NCBI GenBank assembly: GCA_027317845.1
Contig: DAHVQK010000031.1
Span: 1 to 58,697, forward strand
DNA from: Gammaproteobacteria bacterium
GTDB lineage: Bacteria > Pseudomonadota > Gammaproteobacteria > Steroidobacterales > Steroidobacteraceae
Length of the DNA stretch: 58,697 nucleotides
Reading direction: 5' to 3'
Shown: positions 51,528 through 58,697 of the stretch, one piece after another
Layout: the number at the start of each line of letters is the position of its first letter
Position numbering within the stretch: position 1 is the stretch's first letter
Notes under the pieces: generated by a model
What the model saw: only the letters and a program-made list of their open reading frames with translations
Told to the model about the DNA's origin: nothing
Database searches by the model: none
Program-made: the position numbers and the translations under genes

Positions 51528-52868
51528 TCACGCCGTCAACGTTCTCAACAGGTTCGAGTAATCCTCGCTCATGCGCACATCCGTGTCCCTCAGCTCCTTG
51601 ATTCGCTTGCAGGCATGCAGGACCGTGGTGTGATCCCGGCCGCCAAAGGCATCCCCGATCTCCGGCAGGCTGTGGCTGGTCAACTCTTTGGCGAGCGCCA
51701 TCGCCACCTGCCGCGGGCGGGCCACCGAGCGGCTGCGCCGCTTGGACAGCAGTTCCGCGATACGCACCTTGTAATAATCTGCGACCGTCTTCTGGATGTT
51801 CTCGATGGTGACGAGCTTCGCCTGCAGGGACAGCAGATCCTTTAGCGCCTCCTTGGTGAACTCCAGCGTGATGGGACGGCCCGTGAAGCGGGCGTTGGCG
51901 ATCACACGGCGCAGGGCGCCCTCGAGCTCGCGCACGTTCGACCGAATCCGCTTGGCGATGAAGAATGCGACTTCCTCGGGCACCGGAGTCCCGAACTGCC
52001 GGGACTTGGTCATGAGGATCGCGACGCAGGTCTCGAGCTCCGGCGGCTCGATGGCCACCGTGAGGCCCCACCCGAAGCGGGACTTCAGCCGCTCCTCCAG
52101 GCCCTCGACCTCCTTCGGGTAACGGTCGCAGCTCATGATGACCTGGTGCTGTCCTTCCAGTAGCGTGTTGAACGTGTGGAAGAATTCCTCCTGCGAGCGG
52201 TCCTTGCCGGCGAAGAACTGGATGTCATCGATCAGCAGCGCATCGAGCGAGCGATACGCCGCCTTGAACTCGTTCATGGAATTATGCTGCAGCGCGCGGA
52301 CCATGTCGCTCACGAAGCGCTCCGAGTGCACGTAGGCCACCCGCGCCTCCTCGTTCTGCTCGCGGACGAAATGTGCTATGGCGTGCATCAGATGGGTCTT
52401 GCCGAGACCGACGCCCCCGTAGAGGAACAGAGGGTTGTACGCCTTGCCCGGGTTCTCGGCCACCTGGGCCGCCGCCGCCCGGGCCATCTGATTGCTCTTG
52501 CCCTCGACGAACGTCGAGAAGGTGAATTCACCATTCAGCCGGGCCCCGACCACCAACCCCTCACCGCGGCGTACCCGGCGGGTGGTATCGGGGATCTGGG
52601 GCGCCGCCATCGCCGCCGGCTCACCACGCGAACCCACTTCCACGGTGACGATCGGTACGTCGCCAGTGACCTTGTCCCGCAACAGCTCCCCGATACGCGG
52701 TAGCAGCTTCTCGTTGATCCACTCCACCACGAAACGGTTGGGCGCGAGCAGCTTCAGCGCGCCGGCGCCTTCGAGCGCCTGTAGCGGCCGAACCCAGGTA
52801 TTGAATTGCTGCTCAGGGAGCTCGGCCTCCAATGCGCACATGCACCGAGCCCACAGCGACGCTTCCAC
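51528..52868 (-). CDS. dnaA: Chromosomal replication initiator DnaA
   Basis: AAA+ Walker [11 protein letters not shown] and the domain IV DNA-binding helix (...[11 protein letters not shown]). Confidence 0.95.
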   Translation of the reverse strand: MEASLWARCMCALEAELPEQQFNTWVRPLQALEGAGALKLLAPNRFVVEWINEKLLPRIGELLRDKVTGDVPIVTVEVGSRGEPAAMAAPQIPDTTRRVRRGEGLVVGARLNGEFTFSTFVEGKSNQMARAAAAQVAENPGKAYNPLFLYGGVGLGKTHLMHAIAHFVREQNEEARVAYVHSERFVSDMVRALQHNSMNEFKAAYRSLDALLIDDIQFFAGKDRSQEEFFHTFNTLLEGQHQVIMSCDRYPKEVEGLEERLKSRFGWGLTVAIEPPELETCVAILMTKSRQFGTPVPEEVAFFIAKRIRSNVRELEGALRRVIANARFTGRPITLEFTKEALKDLLSLQAKLVTIENIQKTVADYYKVRIAELLSKRRSRSVARPRQVAMALAKELTSHSLPEIGDAFGGRDHTTVLHACKRIKELRDTDVRMSEDYSNLLRTLTA

Positions 52869-53038
52869 GCGTGCCTCCGCGACCGCACTGGGACTGTTCG
52901 GATGGAAAGGGCTGCGCAGTCTATACCCATCGGTGGCCGCGCTGAAGATTTTTGGCCCATAAAAATATTGACACCTTGGCGGTCAACGGCTTAGCCTTGC
53001 CGCCCTTTTTCTGGAACCCCGACCACCTGGAGCCCGCC

Positions 53039-53173
53039 ATGAAGCGTACCTATCAACCGAGCAAGCTGCGCCGGAAGCGCACGCACGGCTTCCGGGCACG
53101 CATGGCGACCCAGAATGGCCGCAAGGTGCTGTCCCGGCGCCGCGCCAAGGGTCGCAAGAAGCTCATCCCGTAA
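53039..53173 (+). CDS. rpmH: 50S ribosomal protein L34
   Basis: [44 protein letters not shown]. Confidence 0.95.
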   Translation: MKRTYQPSKLRRKRTHGFRARMATQNGRKVLSRRRAKGRKKLIP

Positions 53174-53265
53174 CGCACCGCGGTTGCCTCGCGGGACAAG
53201 CTCAGGGCCAGCCCGGCTGAATCGGGCCATGCACGAGCCGGCCCGCGGCCCGCGACCGAAGAAAA

Positions 53266-53658
53266 GTGGCCAGCATGCCCTGCGCGTCCCGAGAGCGGCT
53301 GACCTTTCCGGCGCCGAGGCGCCTGCGACATAAACCGGAGTTCGACGCCGCCTATGCGCGCGGTCGACGCCTTGGCAACGGATACTTCGCGGTGACAGTG
53401 ATCAGCAACGATAAGTCCGGTCCCCGTCTGGGTCTTTCGGTCGGGCTGCGGATCGCGCGGACGTCGGTCGAGCGCAATCGCATCCGGCGCGTCATCCGCG
53501 AATCCTTCCGGCTGAATCAGCATGCGCTGCCCGCCGCCGACATCGTCGTCAGCGCCCGGCCCAGGGCCCATCAAGCCCCCAGCGAGCAATTGCGCGAGAG
53601 CCTGGCGACACTCTGGAAACAGGTGAGCGAGCGATGCGCGCTGTCGCCGTCTTCCTGA
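53266..53658 (+). CDS. rnpA: Ribonuclease P protein component
   Basis: RNR motif region [15 protein letters not shown]. It has a GTG start, with ATG 53275 as an alternative. It lies in the conserved rpmH-rnpA-yidD-yidC order. Confidence 0.85.
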   Translation: MASMPCASRERLTFPAPRRLRHKPEFDAAYARGRRLGNGYFAVTVISNDKSGPRLGLSVGLRIARTSVERNRIRRVIRESFRLNQHALPAADIVVSARPRAHQAPSEQLRESLATLWKQVSERCALSPSS

Positions 53659-53882
53659 TCCGGGTCTATCAGTGGACCTTGAGTCCGCTGCTCGGCCCGA
53701 ATTGCCGATTCCACCCATCCTGCTCCCACTACGCCGCGCAGGCGATTGAACGCTTCGGCGTGCTCCGGGGCAGCTGGCTCGCCCTCAAACGCATCGGCCG
53801 CTGCCATCCGTGGCACCCAGGGGGGTACGACCCCGTGCCGCCGTCCCGCGTCCTGACCTGTTCCTCTCACAGACATGAGTAA
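53634..53882 (+). CDS. yidD: Membrane protein insertion efficiency factor YidD
   Basis: [23 protein letters not shown]...[15 protein letters not shown]. Confidence 0.9.
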   Translation: MRAVAVFLIRVYQWTLSPLLGPNCRFHPSCSHYAAQAIERFGVLRGSWLALKRIGRCHPWHPGGYDPVPPSRVLTCSSHRHE

Positions 53883-55551
53883 CAACCTCCGTCTCTACCT
53901 CTGGCTCGCATTGGCGATCCTGTTGTGGGTCAACTACACGACCTGGACGAGCCAGTTCCCCGCGCATCCCGCCCTGGCCACGGCGGGCGCGCCCGCCCAG
54001 CCGCCGAGCCTGGCCAACAGCGTTCCCGAGCAGGCGACGCCGGGCACGCCGGCCCCGGGTTCCCTCCCACCATCCCCGGTCGCCGCGCCCCCCATGGCCG
54101 GTCAGGCGCTGCCGCTGAGCGCCTCGGCCCCGCTCATCCACGTGCGCACCGACGTCTATGACCTGGAAATCAGCGCCGAAGGGGGCACGCTCACGAAGGT
54201 CGACCTGCTGAAGTACGCCGCGGAGAAGGGCAAACCGGCACCGGTGCGGCTCGAAAACACCGATTCCCCGACCGAGTACCTGCTGCAGACGGGGCTGACC
54301 GGCCCGGCCGGCCAGCCGCATCCGACCCAGACGGCGCTCTACAGCTCGCCGCACCGTGAATATCAACTCGGCGGCGCCCGGGAACTGCGCGTGCCGCTCA
54401 CCTGGACCCGCGGTGGCGTCACCGTCACCAAGACATTCGTGTTCCGGCGCGGCTCTTACCGCATCGGCCTCGAATACTCCATCGAGAACCACGGCACCTC
54501 GGCCTGGCAGGCTTCGCAGTACGCGCAGCTGTTCCGAAACGATCCACGCACCAAGGTCAGCTATTTTCAACCCAGCAGCCGCGCCTACCATGGACCGGCG
54601 GTGTGGAATGGCAAGGAGTACGTGCAGCTCGATCCGGCCAATTCCGATTACCAACACTACCAGGCCGAGGTGACCGACGGCTGGATCGCCGTTCCGGAGC
54701 TCGACTTCGTGAGCGCCGTGATCCCGCGTAACGACAGCGCCTATCGATTCACGTCGCAGGTCGCGGGCAGCCAGTACGCCCTTTCGGCCATTGGCCCGGC
54801 CCACACGATCGCCCCGGGGGCGACGCTCGCCCTGGGTCAGAGCCTGTACGTCGGGCCGACCTTGCACTCGCAGCTCGAGAAGACCGATCCGACCCTGACC
54901 TACCTCGCGATTTCCGGCTGGTTCGCCATCCTCGCCCGTCCGCTCTTCTGGCTGCTCGGCCAGGTGCACCGTCTGACGGGTAACTGGGGCGTCGCCATCA
55001 TTCTGGTGACCTTCCTCCTGAAGCTGGTGTTCTACCCGCTGTCGGAAGCCAGCGGCCGTTCCATGGCCAAGATGAAGGCGCTCGGGCCGCGCATCAAGAA
55101 CATCCAGGAGCTGTACAAGGACGACAAGGAGAAGCTCAGCCGCGCGATGATCGAGATCTACAAGCGCGAGAAGGTCAACCCGGTCTCCGGCTGTCTGCCC
55201 ATGATCCTGCAGCTGCCGGTATTCATCGCCTTCTACTGGGTGCTGCTCTACAGCGTCGAGCTGCGCCAGGCGCCATTCGCCTTCTGGATCCACGATCTCT
55301 CGGCTCGTGACCCGTTCTTCATCCTCCCGGCTCTCATGGCCGTGACCGGCTTTCTGCAGTACAAGCTCAACCCCGCGCCGCCAGATCCCGTCCAGGCCAA
55401 GGTCATGATGGTCATGCCGGTCGCGATGGCGGCGTTGTTCGCATTCTTCCCCTCGGGCCTGGTCCTGTACTACGTGGTGAACAGCGTGCTGTCGATCGCG
55501 CAGCAATGGAACATCAACCGCCGCATCGGGGCCGCCACGCGGAAAGCTTGA
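53875..55551 (+). CDS. yidC: Membrane protein insertase YidC
   Basis: N-terminal TM, large periplasmic P1 domain and the conserved 5-TM core ([21 protein letters not shown]..., [16 protein letters not shown]). Confidence 0.95.
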   Translation: MSNNLRLYLWLALAILLWVNYTTWTSQFPAHPALATAGAPAQPPSLANSVPEQATPGTPAPGSLPPSPVAAPPMAGQALPLSASAPLIHVRTDVYDLEISAEGGTLTKVDLLKYAAEKGKPAPVRLENTDSPTEYLLQTGLTGPAGQPHPTQTALYSSPHREYQLGGARELRVPLTWTRGGVTVTKTFVFRRGSYRIGLEYSIENHGTSAWQASQYAQLFRNDPRTKVSYFQPSSRAYHGPAVWNGKEYVQLDPANSDYQHYQAEVTDGWIAVPELDFVSAVIPRNDSAYRFTSQVAGSQYALSAIGPAHTIAPGATLALGQSLYVGPTLHSQLEKTDPTLTYLAISGWFAILARPLFWLLGQVHRLTGNWGVAIILVTFLLKLVFYPLSEASGRSMAKMKALGPRIKNIQELYKDDKEKLSRAMIEIYKREKVNPVSGCLPMILQLPVFIAFYWVLLYSVELRQAPFAFWIHDLSARDPFFILPALMAVTGFLQYKLNPAPPDPVQAKVMMVMPVAMAALFAFFPSGLVLYYVVNSVLSIAQQWNINRRIGAATRKA

Positions 55552-55701
55552 ACCGGGCCATCTCCGGGCCCCACTGCCGCAAGGACGAGTGGTCCCGGGA
55601 AACCCTGCTGGGGCGCGCTCGCGGCGTCCCCGGCTGATCTGCCCGAGGGCGCGTGCCGCAGGACTCTCCGCGACAGAGGCATCTGCGGTAATCTTGTGTG
55701 C

Positions 55702-57054
55702 ATGACGCGCGTGGAAACCATCGTGGCGCCGGCAACACCGCCCGGACGCGGCGGCATCGGAGTCGTGCGCGTCTCGGGACCCAAGGTGCCCGAGATCGCC
55801 GCGGTGCTGCTCGGCGAGCTGCCGCCGCCGCGCGCCGCGCGATTCGCCCGATTTCTCGATGCCCGCCAGGAGCCGCTCGATGCGGGCCTCGCGCTGTTCT
55901 TTCCCGCGCCGCGCTCCTACACCGGCGAGCACGTGTTGGAACTTCACGGCCATGGCGGCCAGACGGTGCTCGAGGCCCTCGTGGCCCGGGTCATCGAGCT
56001 CGGCGCGCGCCGGGCGCAGCCCGGGGAGTTCACCCTGCGGGCGTTTCTCAACAACAAGTTGGACCTCGCCCAGGCAGAGGCCATCGCCGACCTGATCGAT
56101 GCCGGTTCGCGCGAGGCGGCGCGCGCCGCCATGCGCTCGCTGCAGGGCGAGTTCTCCGCCATGGTGCGCGGGCTCACCGACGCGGTGATCGACCTGCGCA
56201 CGCATGTCGAGGCGGCCATCGACTTCCCGGAGGAGGAGGTCGACTTTCTCGCCGACCGCGAGCTGGGCGAGCGCTTCCAGACCGTCCATGATCACTTCGA
56301 CGCCATCGAGCAGAGCGCCCGCCAGGGCAGGCTCCTGCGCGAAGGCATGACGATCGTGATCGCCGGCCGGCCGAATGCCGGAAAGTCGAGCCTGCTCAAC
56401 CGCCTCGCGGGCTACGACGCCGCCATCGTAACTCCTGTTCCGGGCACGACCCGCGACATCGTGCGGGAGCGGATCGACATCGATGGAATGCCGCTGCACG
56501 TGCTCGATACCGCCGGTCTGCGCGAAGGTGCGGATGTCGTCGAGGCGGAAGGAATACGGCGAGCCCACGAGCAGATGAGGCGTGCCGACCGAGTGCTGTT
56601 CGTGATCGACGCGGCCGAGGATCCGCAGGCACAGGCCTACGCCCAGGAGAAGCCGAAGCTGGCCCCCGACGTGCCGGTGACTCTCGTGCTCAACAAATGC
56701 GACCTGGCCGCCGGGATTCCGTTGGCCGACACCCAGGCAGGGCCTCCCCGCATCGCTCTTTCGGCCCTCACCGGCGAGGGCATGGATACGCTGAGGGCAC
56801 ACCTCAAGAGCTGCGTGGGATTCAAGACACTCGACGGAGGAACCGTCTCGGCGCGCCAGCGCCACCTCGACGCCCTGGCGCGGGCGCGCCGCCAGGTCGA
56901 GGAGGCCGAACGAAGGCTCCACGACAGCCGCGCCGGCGAGCTCGTCGCCGAAGAGCTGCGCGGCGCGCAACAAGCCCTCAGCGAGATCACCGGCGAGTTC
57001 ACCAGCGAGGACCTGCTCGGGCGGATCTTCGGCAGCTTCTGTATCGGGAAATAG
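55702..57054 (+). CDS. mnmE: tRNA modification GTPase MnmE
   Basis: TIVAPATPPGRGGIGVVRVSG, G1 motif GRPNAGKSSLLN and C-terminal CIGK. The ORF track starts 6 nt upstream at a GTG. Confidence 0.95.
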   Translation: MTRVETIVAPATPPGRGGIGVVRVSGPKVPEIAAVLLGELPPPRAARFARFLDARQEPLDAGLALFFPAPRSYTGEHVLELHGHGGQTVLEALVARVIELGARRAQPGEFTLRAFLNNKLDLAQAEAIADLIDAGSREAARAAMRSLQGEFSAMVRGLTDAVIDLRTHVEAAIDFPEEEVDFLADRELGERFQTVHDHFDAIEQSARQGRLLREGMTIVIAGRPNAGKSSLLNRLAGYDAAIVTPVPGTTRDIVRERIDIDGMPLHVLDTAGLREGADVVEAEGIRRAHEQMRRADRVLFVIDAAEDPQAQAYAQEKPKLAPDVPVTLVLNKCDLAAGIPLADTQAGPPRIALSALTGEGMDTLRAHLKSCVGFKTLDGGTVSARQRHLDALARARRQVEEAERRLHDSRAGELVAEELRGAQQALSEITGEFTSEDLLGRIFGSFCIGK

Positions 57055-57165
57055 CTCACCGCCCGGCTGCCCTGGGGTCCGACACATCGACGGATGCGGG
57101 CTCGGCTGGGATAATTCGTATCGTCACTCTTCAGAACGACCTCGTTTCGAAAGACGGACTCATCC

Positions 57166-58020
57166 GTGAAACTGCTGCGCTACGGCCCCGCCGGCCACGA
57201 GCAACCCGGACTCCTCGACGCACAGGGGAGGCTTCGCTCACTGGCCGGCCGGCTCGAGGACCTGGGCCCGGCGCAGCTCGCTCCGGCGAGCCTCGCACGT
57301 CTCGCCGCGATCGATCCGGCCACGCTGCCCGTCGTGCCCGGCCATCCGCGGCTCGGGGTGCCGGTCTGCGGCACGCGCAAATTCCTCGCCATAGGCCTCA
57401 ACTATGCCGATCACGCCGCGGAATCCAATCTGCCCATTCCGGCCGAGCCGGTGGTGTTCACCAAGGCGGTGAGCTGCCTGCAGGGCCCGAACGACGAGGT
57501 GATGCTGCCCAAGGGCTCGACGAAAACCGACTGGGAGGTGGAACTCGGGGTCGTCATCGGCACCACCGCCCGCCATGTCGAGGAGCGGGATGCGCTCGGG
57601 CACGTCGCCGGATATCTCGTGGTCAACGATCTGTCGGAGCGCGAATACCAGCTCGAGCGAGGCGGCACCTGGGACAAGGGCAAGGGCTGCGACACCTTCG
57701 GGCCAGTCGGCCCCTGGCTGGTCACGCGCGACGAGGTCGGCGACGTGCAGCATCTCGATATGTGGCTCGAGGTCAACGGGCGGCGCATGCAAAGCGGCAA
57801 CACGCGCGCGATGATCTTCGGGGTGGCCACGATCGTAAGCTATCTCAGCCGCTTCATCACGCTCGAGCCCGGTGACATCATCACGACCGGAACCCCGCCC
57901 GGTGTGGGCATGGGCCACAAACCCGAGCCGATCTATCTCGCGCAAGGCGATACGTTGAGCCTCGGCATCGAGAAGCTCGGCGAACAACGCCAGCGCGTGA
58001 TCGCCTGGCGGCGCACCTGA
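57166..58020 (+). CDS. Fumarylacetoacetate hydrolase (FAH) family protein
   Basis: MKLLRYGP...PGLLD N-terminus with metal ligands in DWEVELGVVIG and VVNDLSERE. GTG start. Confidence 0.85.
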   Translation: MKLLRYGPAGHEQPGLLDAQGRLRSLAGRLEDLGPAQLAPASLARLAAIDPATLPVVPGHPRLGVPVCGTRKFLAIGLNYADHAAESNLPIPAEPVVFTKAVSCLQGPNDEVMLPKGSTKTDWEVELGVVIGTTARHVEERDALGHVAGYLVVNDLSEREYQLERGGTWDKGKGCDTFGPVGPWLVTRDEVGDVQHLDMWLEVNGRRMQSGNTRAMIFGVATIVSYLSRFITLEPGDIITTGTPPGVGMGHKPEPIYLAQGDTLSLGIEKLGEQRQRVIAWRRT

Positions 58021-58033
58021 GGGGGTCCCCGAC

Positions 58034-58174
58034 ATGTCCCGCACCGACTCTCGTCTCAATGGCAAGGTTGCCCTCGTGACCGCCGCCGCGCAGGGAATCG
58101 GTCGCGCCAGCGCACTCACCGCCGCAAGCGCAAGTGTCGTCGCGACCGACATCGACGGCGGATGGACCCTCTGA
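58034..58174 (+). pseudogene. Short-chain dehydrogenase/reductase N-terminal stub (46 codons)
   Basis: MSRTDSRLNGKVALVTAAAQGIGRASALTAA...VVATDID carries the SDR TGxxxGIG Rossmann motif. It then stops at 58172-58174, 1 nt before the next gene's ATG. Confidence 0.6.
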
Positions 58175-58175
58175 C

Positions 58176-58697
58176 ATGCCCTGGAAACGGCGGCCCTTCG
58201 ATGGGCACAACCTCTCCGCGGCGCTCAACGTCGCGGACCTGCGCGAGGTGGCGCGCCGGCGCGTGCCGGGCTTCGTGTTCGAGTATGTGGAGGGCGGCGC
58301 GGAAGAGGAGGCGACGCTGCGGGGCAACCGGGAGGCGTTCGCCGCGCTGCGCTTCGCGCCCCCCACGCTGATCGATACCGAGGGGCGAAGCCTGCGCACG
58401 GAGCTGCTCGGCGCGGCCAGCAACGCGCCCATCGCCATCGCGCCCACCGGACTCAACGGCATGCTGCATCCCGACGGAGACATCGGGCTCGCCAGGGCGG
58501 CGGCCGCCTTTGGCATACCGTACACGCTGAGCACGCTCTCCACCACCCTCCTCGAGGATGTCGCGAGTCAGGCGGGCGGGCGATTGTGGATGCAGCTGTA
58601 TGTCATGAAGAACCGGGCCATCGCCGAGGACATCATGCGCCGCGCCGCGGCCTCGGGCTTCGAGGCGCTGCTGTTCACCACCGATGCCAATGTTTTT
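58176..58697 (+). CDS. FMN-dependent alpha-hydroxy-acid dehydrogenase/oxidase family (LldD-like), 3' end outside window
   Basis: My own translation from ATG 58176 gives ...DLREVARRRVPGFVFEYVEGGAEEEATLRGNREAF...IAIAPTGLNGMLHPDGD...WMQLYV... It is open to the window end and is absent from the ORF track because no stop is reached. Confidence 0.85.
   Translation, partial: MPWKRRPFDGHNLSAALNVADLREVARRRVPGFVFEYVEGGAEEEATLRGNREAFAALRFAPPTLIDTEGRSLRTELLGAASNAPIAIAPTGLNGMLHPDGDIGLARAAAAFGIPYTLSTLSTTLLEDVASQAGGRLWMQLYVMKNRAIAEDIMRRAAASGFEALLFTTDANVF

Noticed and set aside
52869-53038. The rpmH-dnaA spacer considered as the oriC location, as in Pseudomonas-type genomes
   Set aside because: It is only 170 bp and contains no ATCCACA or TGTGGAT. 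The best 9-mer (CTATACCCA) matches 6/9. It has a short AT-rich patch with a TTGACA hexamer, which fits rpmH/dnaA promoters better. The box cluster lies in the dnaA-dnaN spacer instead.
53785-57087. 1100-aa ORF on the minus strand, the longest minus-strand ORF in the track
   Set aside because: It lies entirely antisense to yidC and mnmE, both of which have unmistakable family signatures. Its translation is Arg/Gly/Ala/Asp/His-rich with no recognisable domain. This is a typical stop-codon-poor antisense frame in high-GC DNA.

Overview
GC-rich (by eye about two-thirds G+C) chromosomal window from a gammaproteobacterium, centred on the replication-origin neighbourhood. It holds gyrB-recF-dnaN-dnaA on the minus strand, divergent from rpmH-rnpA-yidD-yidC-mnmE on the plus strand. 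The rest is mostly tightly packed housekeeping or core genes: rsmG, an OmpR-type two-component pair, DegP-type protease, cytochrome c4, dtd, tatABC, POT and MFS transporters, tesA/ybbA/ybbP-like genes, NadM-Nudix, GMC oxidoreductase, DedA, EnvC, rhodanese-grxC-secB-gpsA, glnA-DUF4124-ntrB-ntrC, glyQS and plsC. I saw no rRNA, tRNA, CRISPR array, transposase or integrase. Most long ORFs in the six-frame track are antisense or alternate-frame artefacts of the high GC content. The observations I rate highest are listed here. (1) A DnaA-box cluster plus an AT-rich tract lies in the dnaA-dnaN spacer and is a candidate oriC, while the rpmH-dnaA spacer has none. (2) A secreted S9-family protein has all three catalytic-triad positions substituted, so it looks like a pseudo-peptidase. 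(3) A co-directional accessory-looking block at 38.9-45.3 kb runs PadR regulator, membrane partner, unusually long Cys/Met-family PLP enzyme, hyaluronan/chitin-synthase-like GT2 and S53 sedolisin-type peptidase. I cannot assign it a joint function and it may not be a single system. (4) Three apparent deletion scars flank the origin: a PhzF gene collapsed between its two structural halves, a 46-codon SDR stub, and a 7TM sensor lacking an output domain. I found no clear defence, toxin or mobile system. The novelty claims are modest and need database searches that I cannot run.
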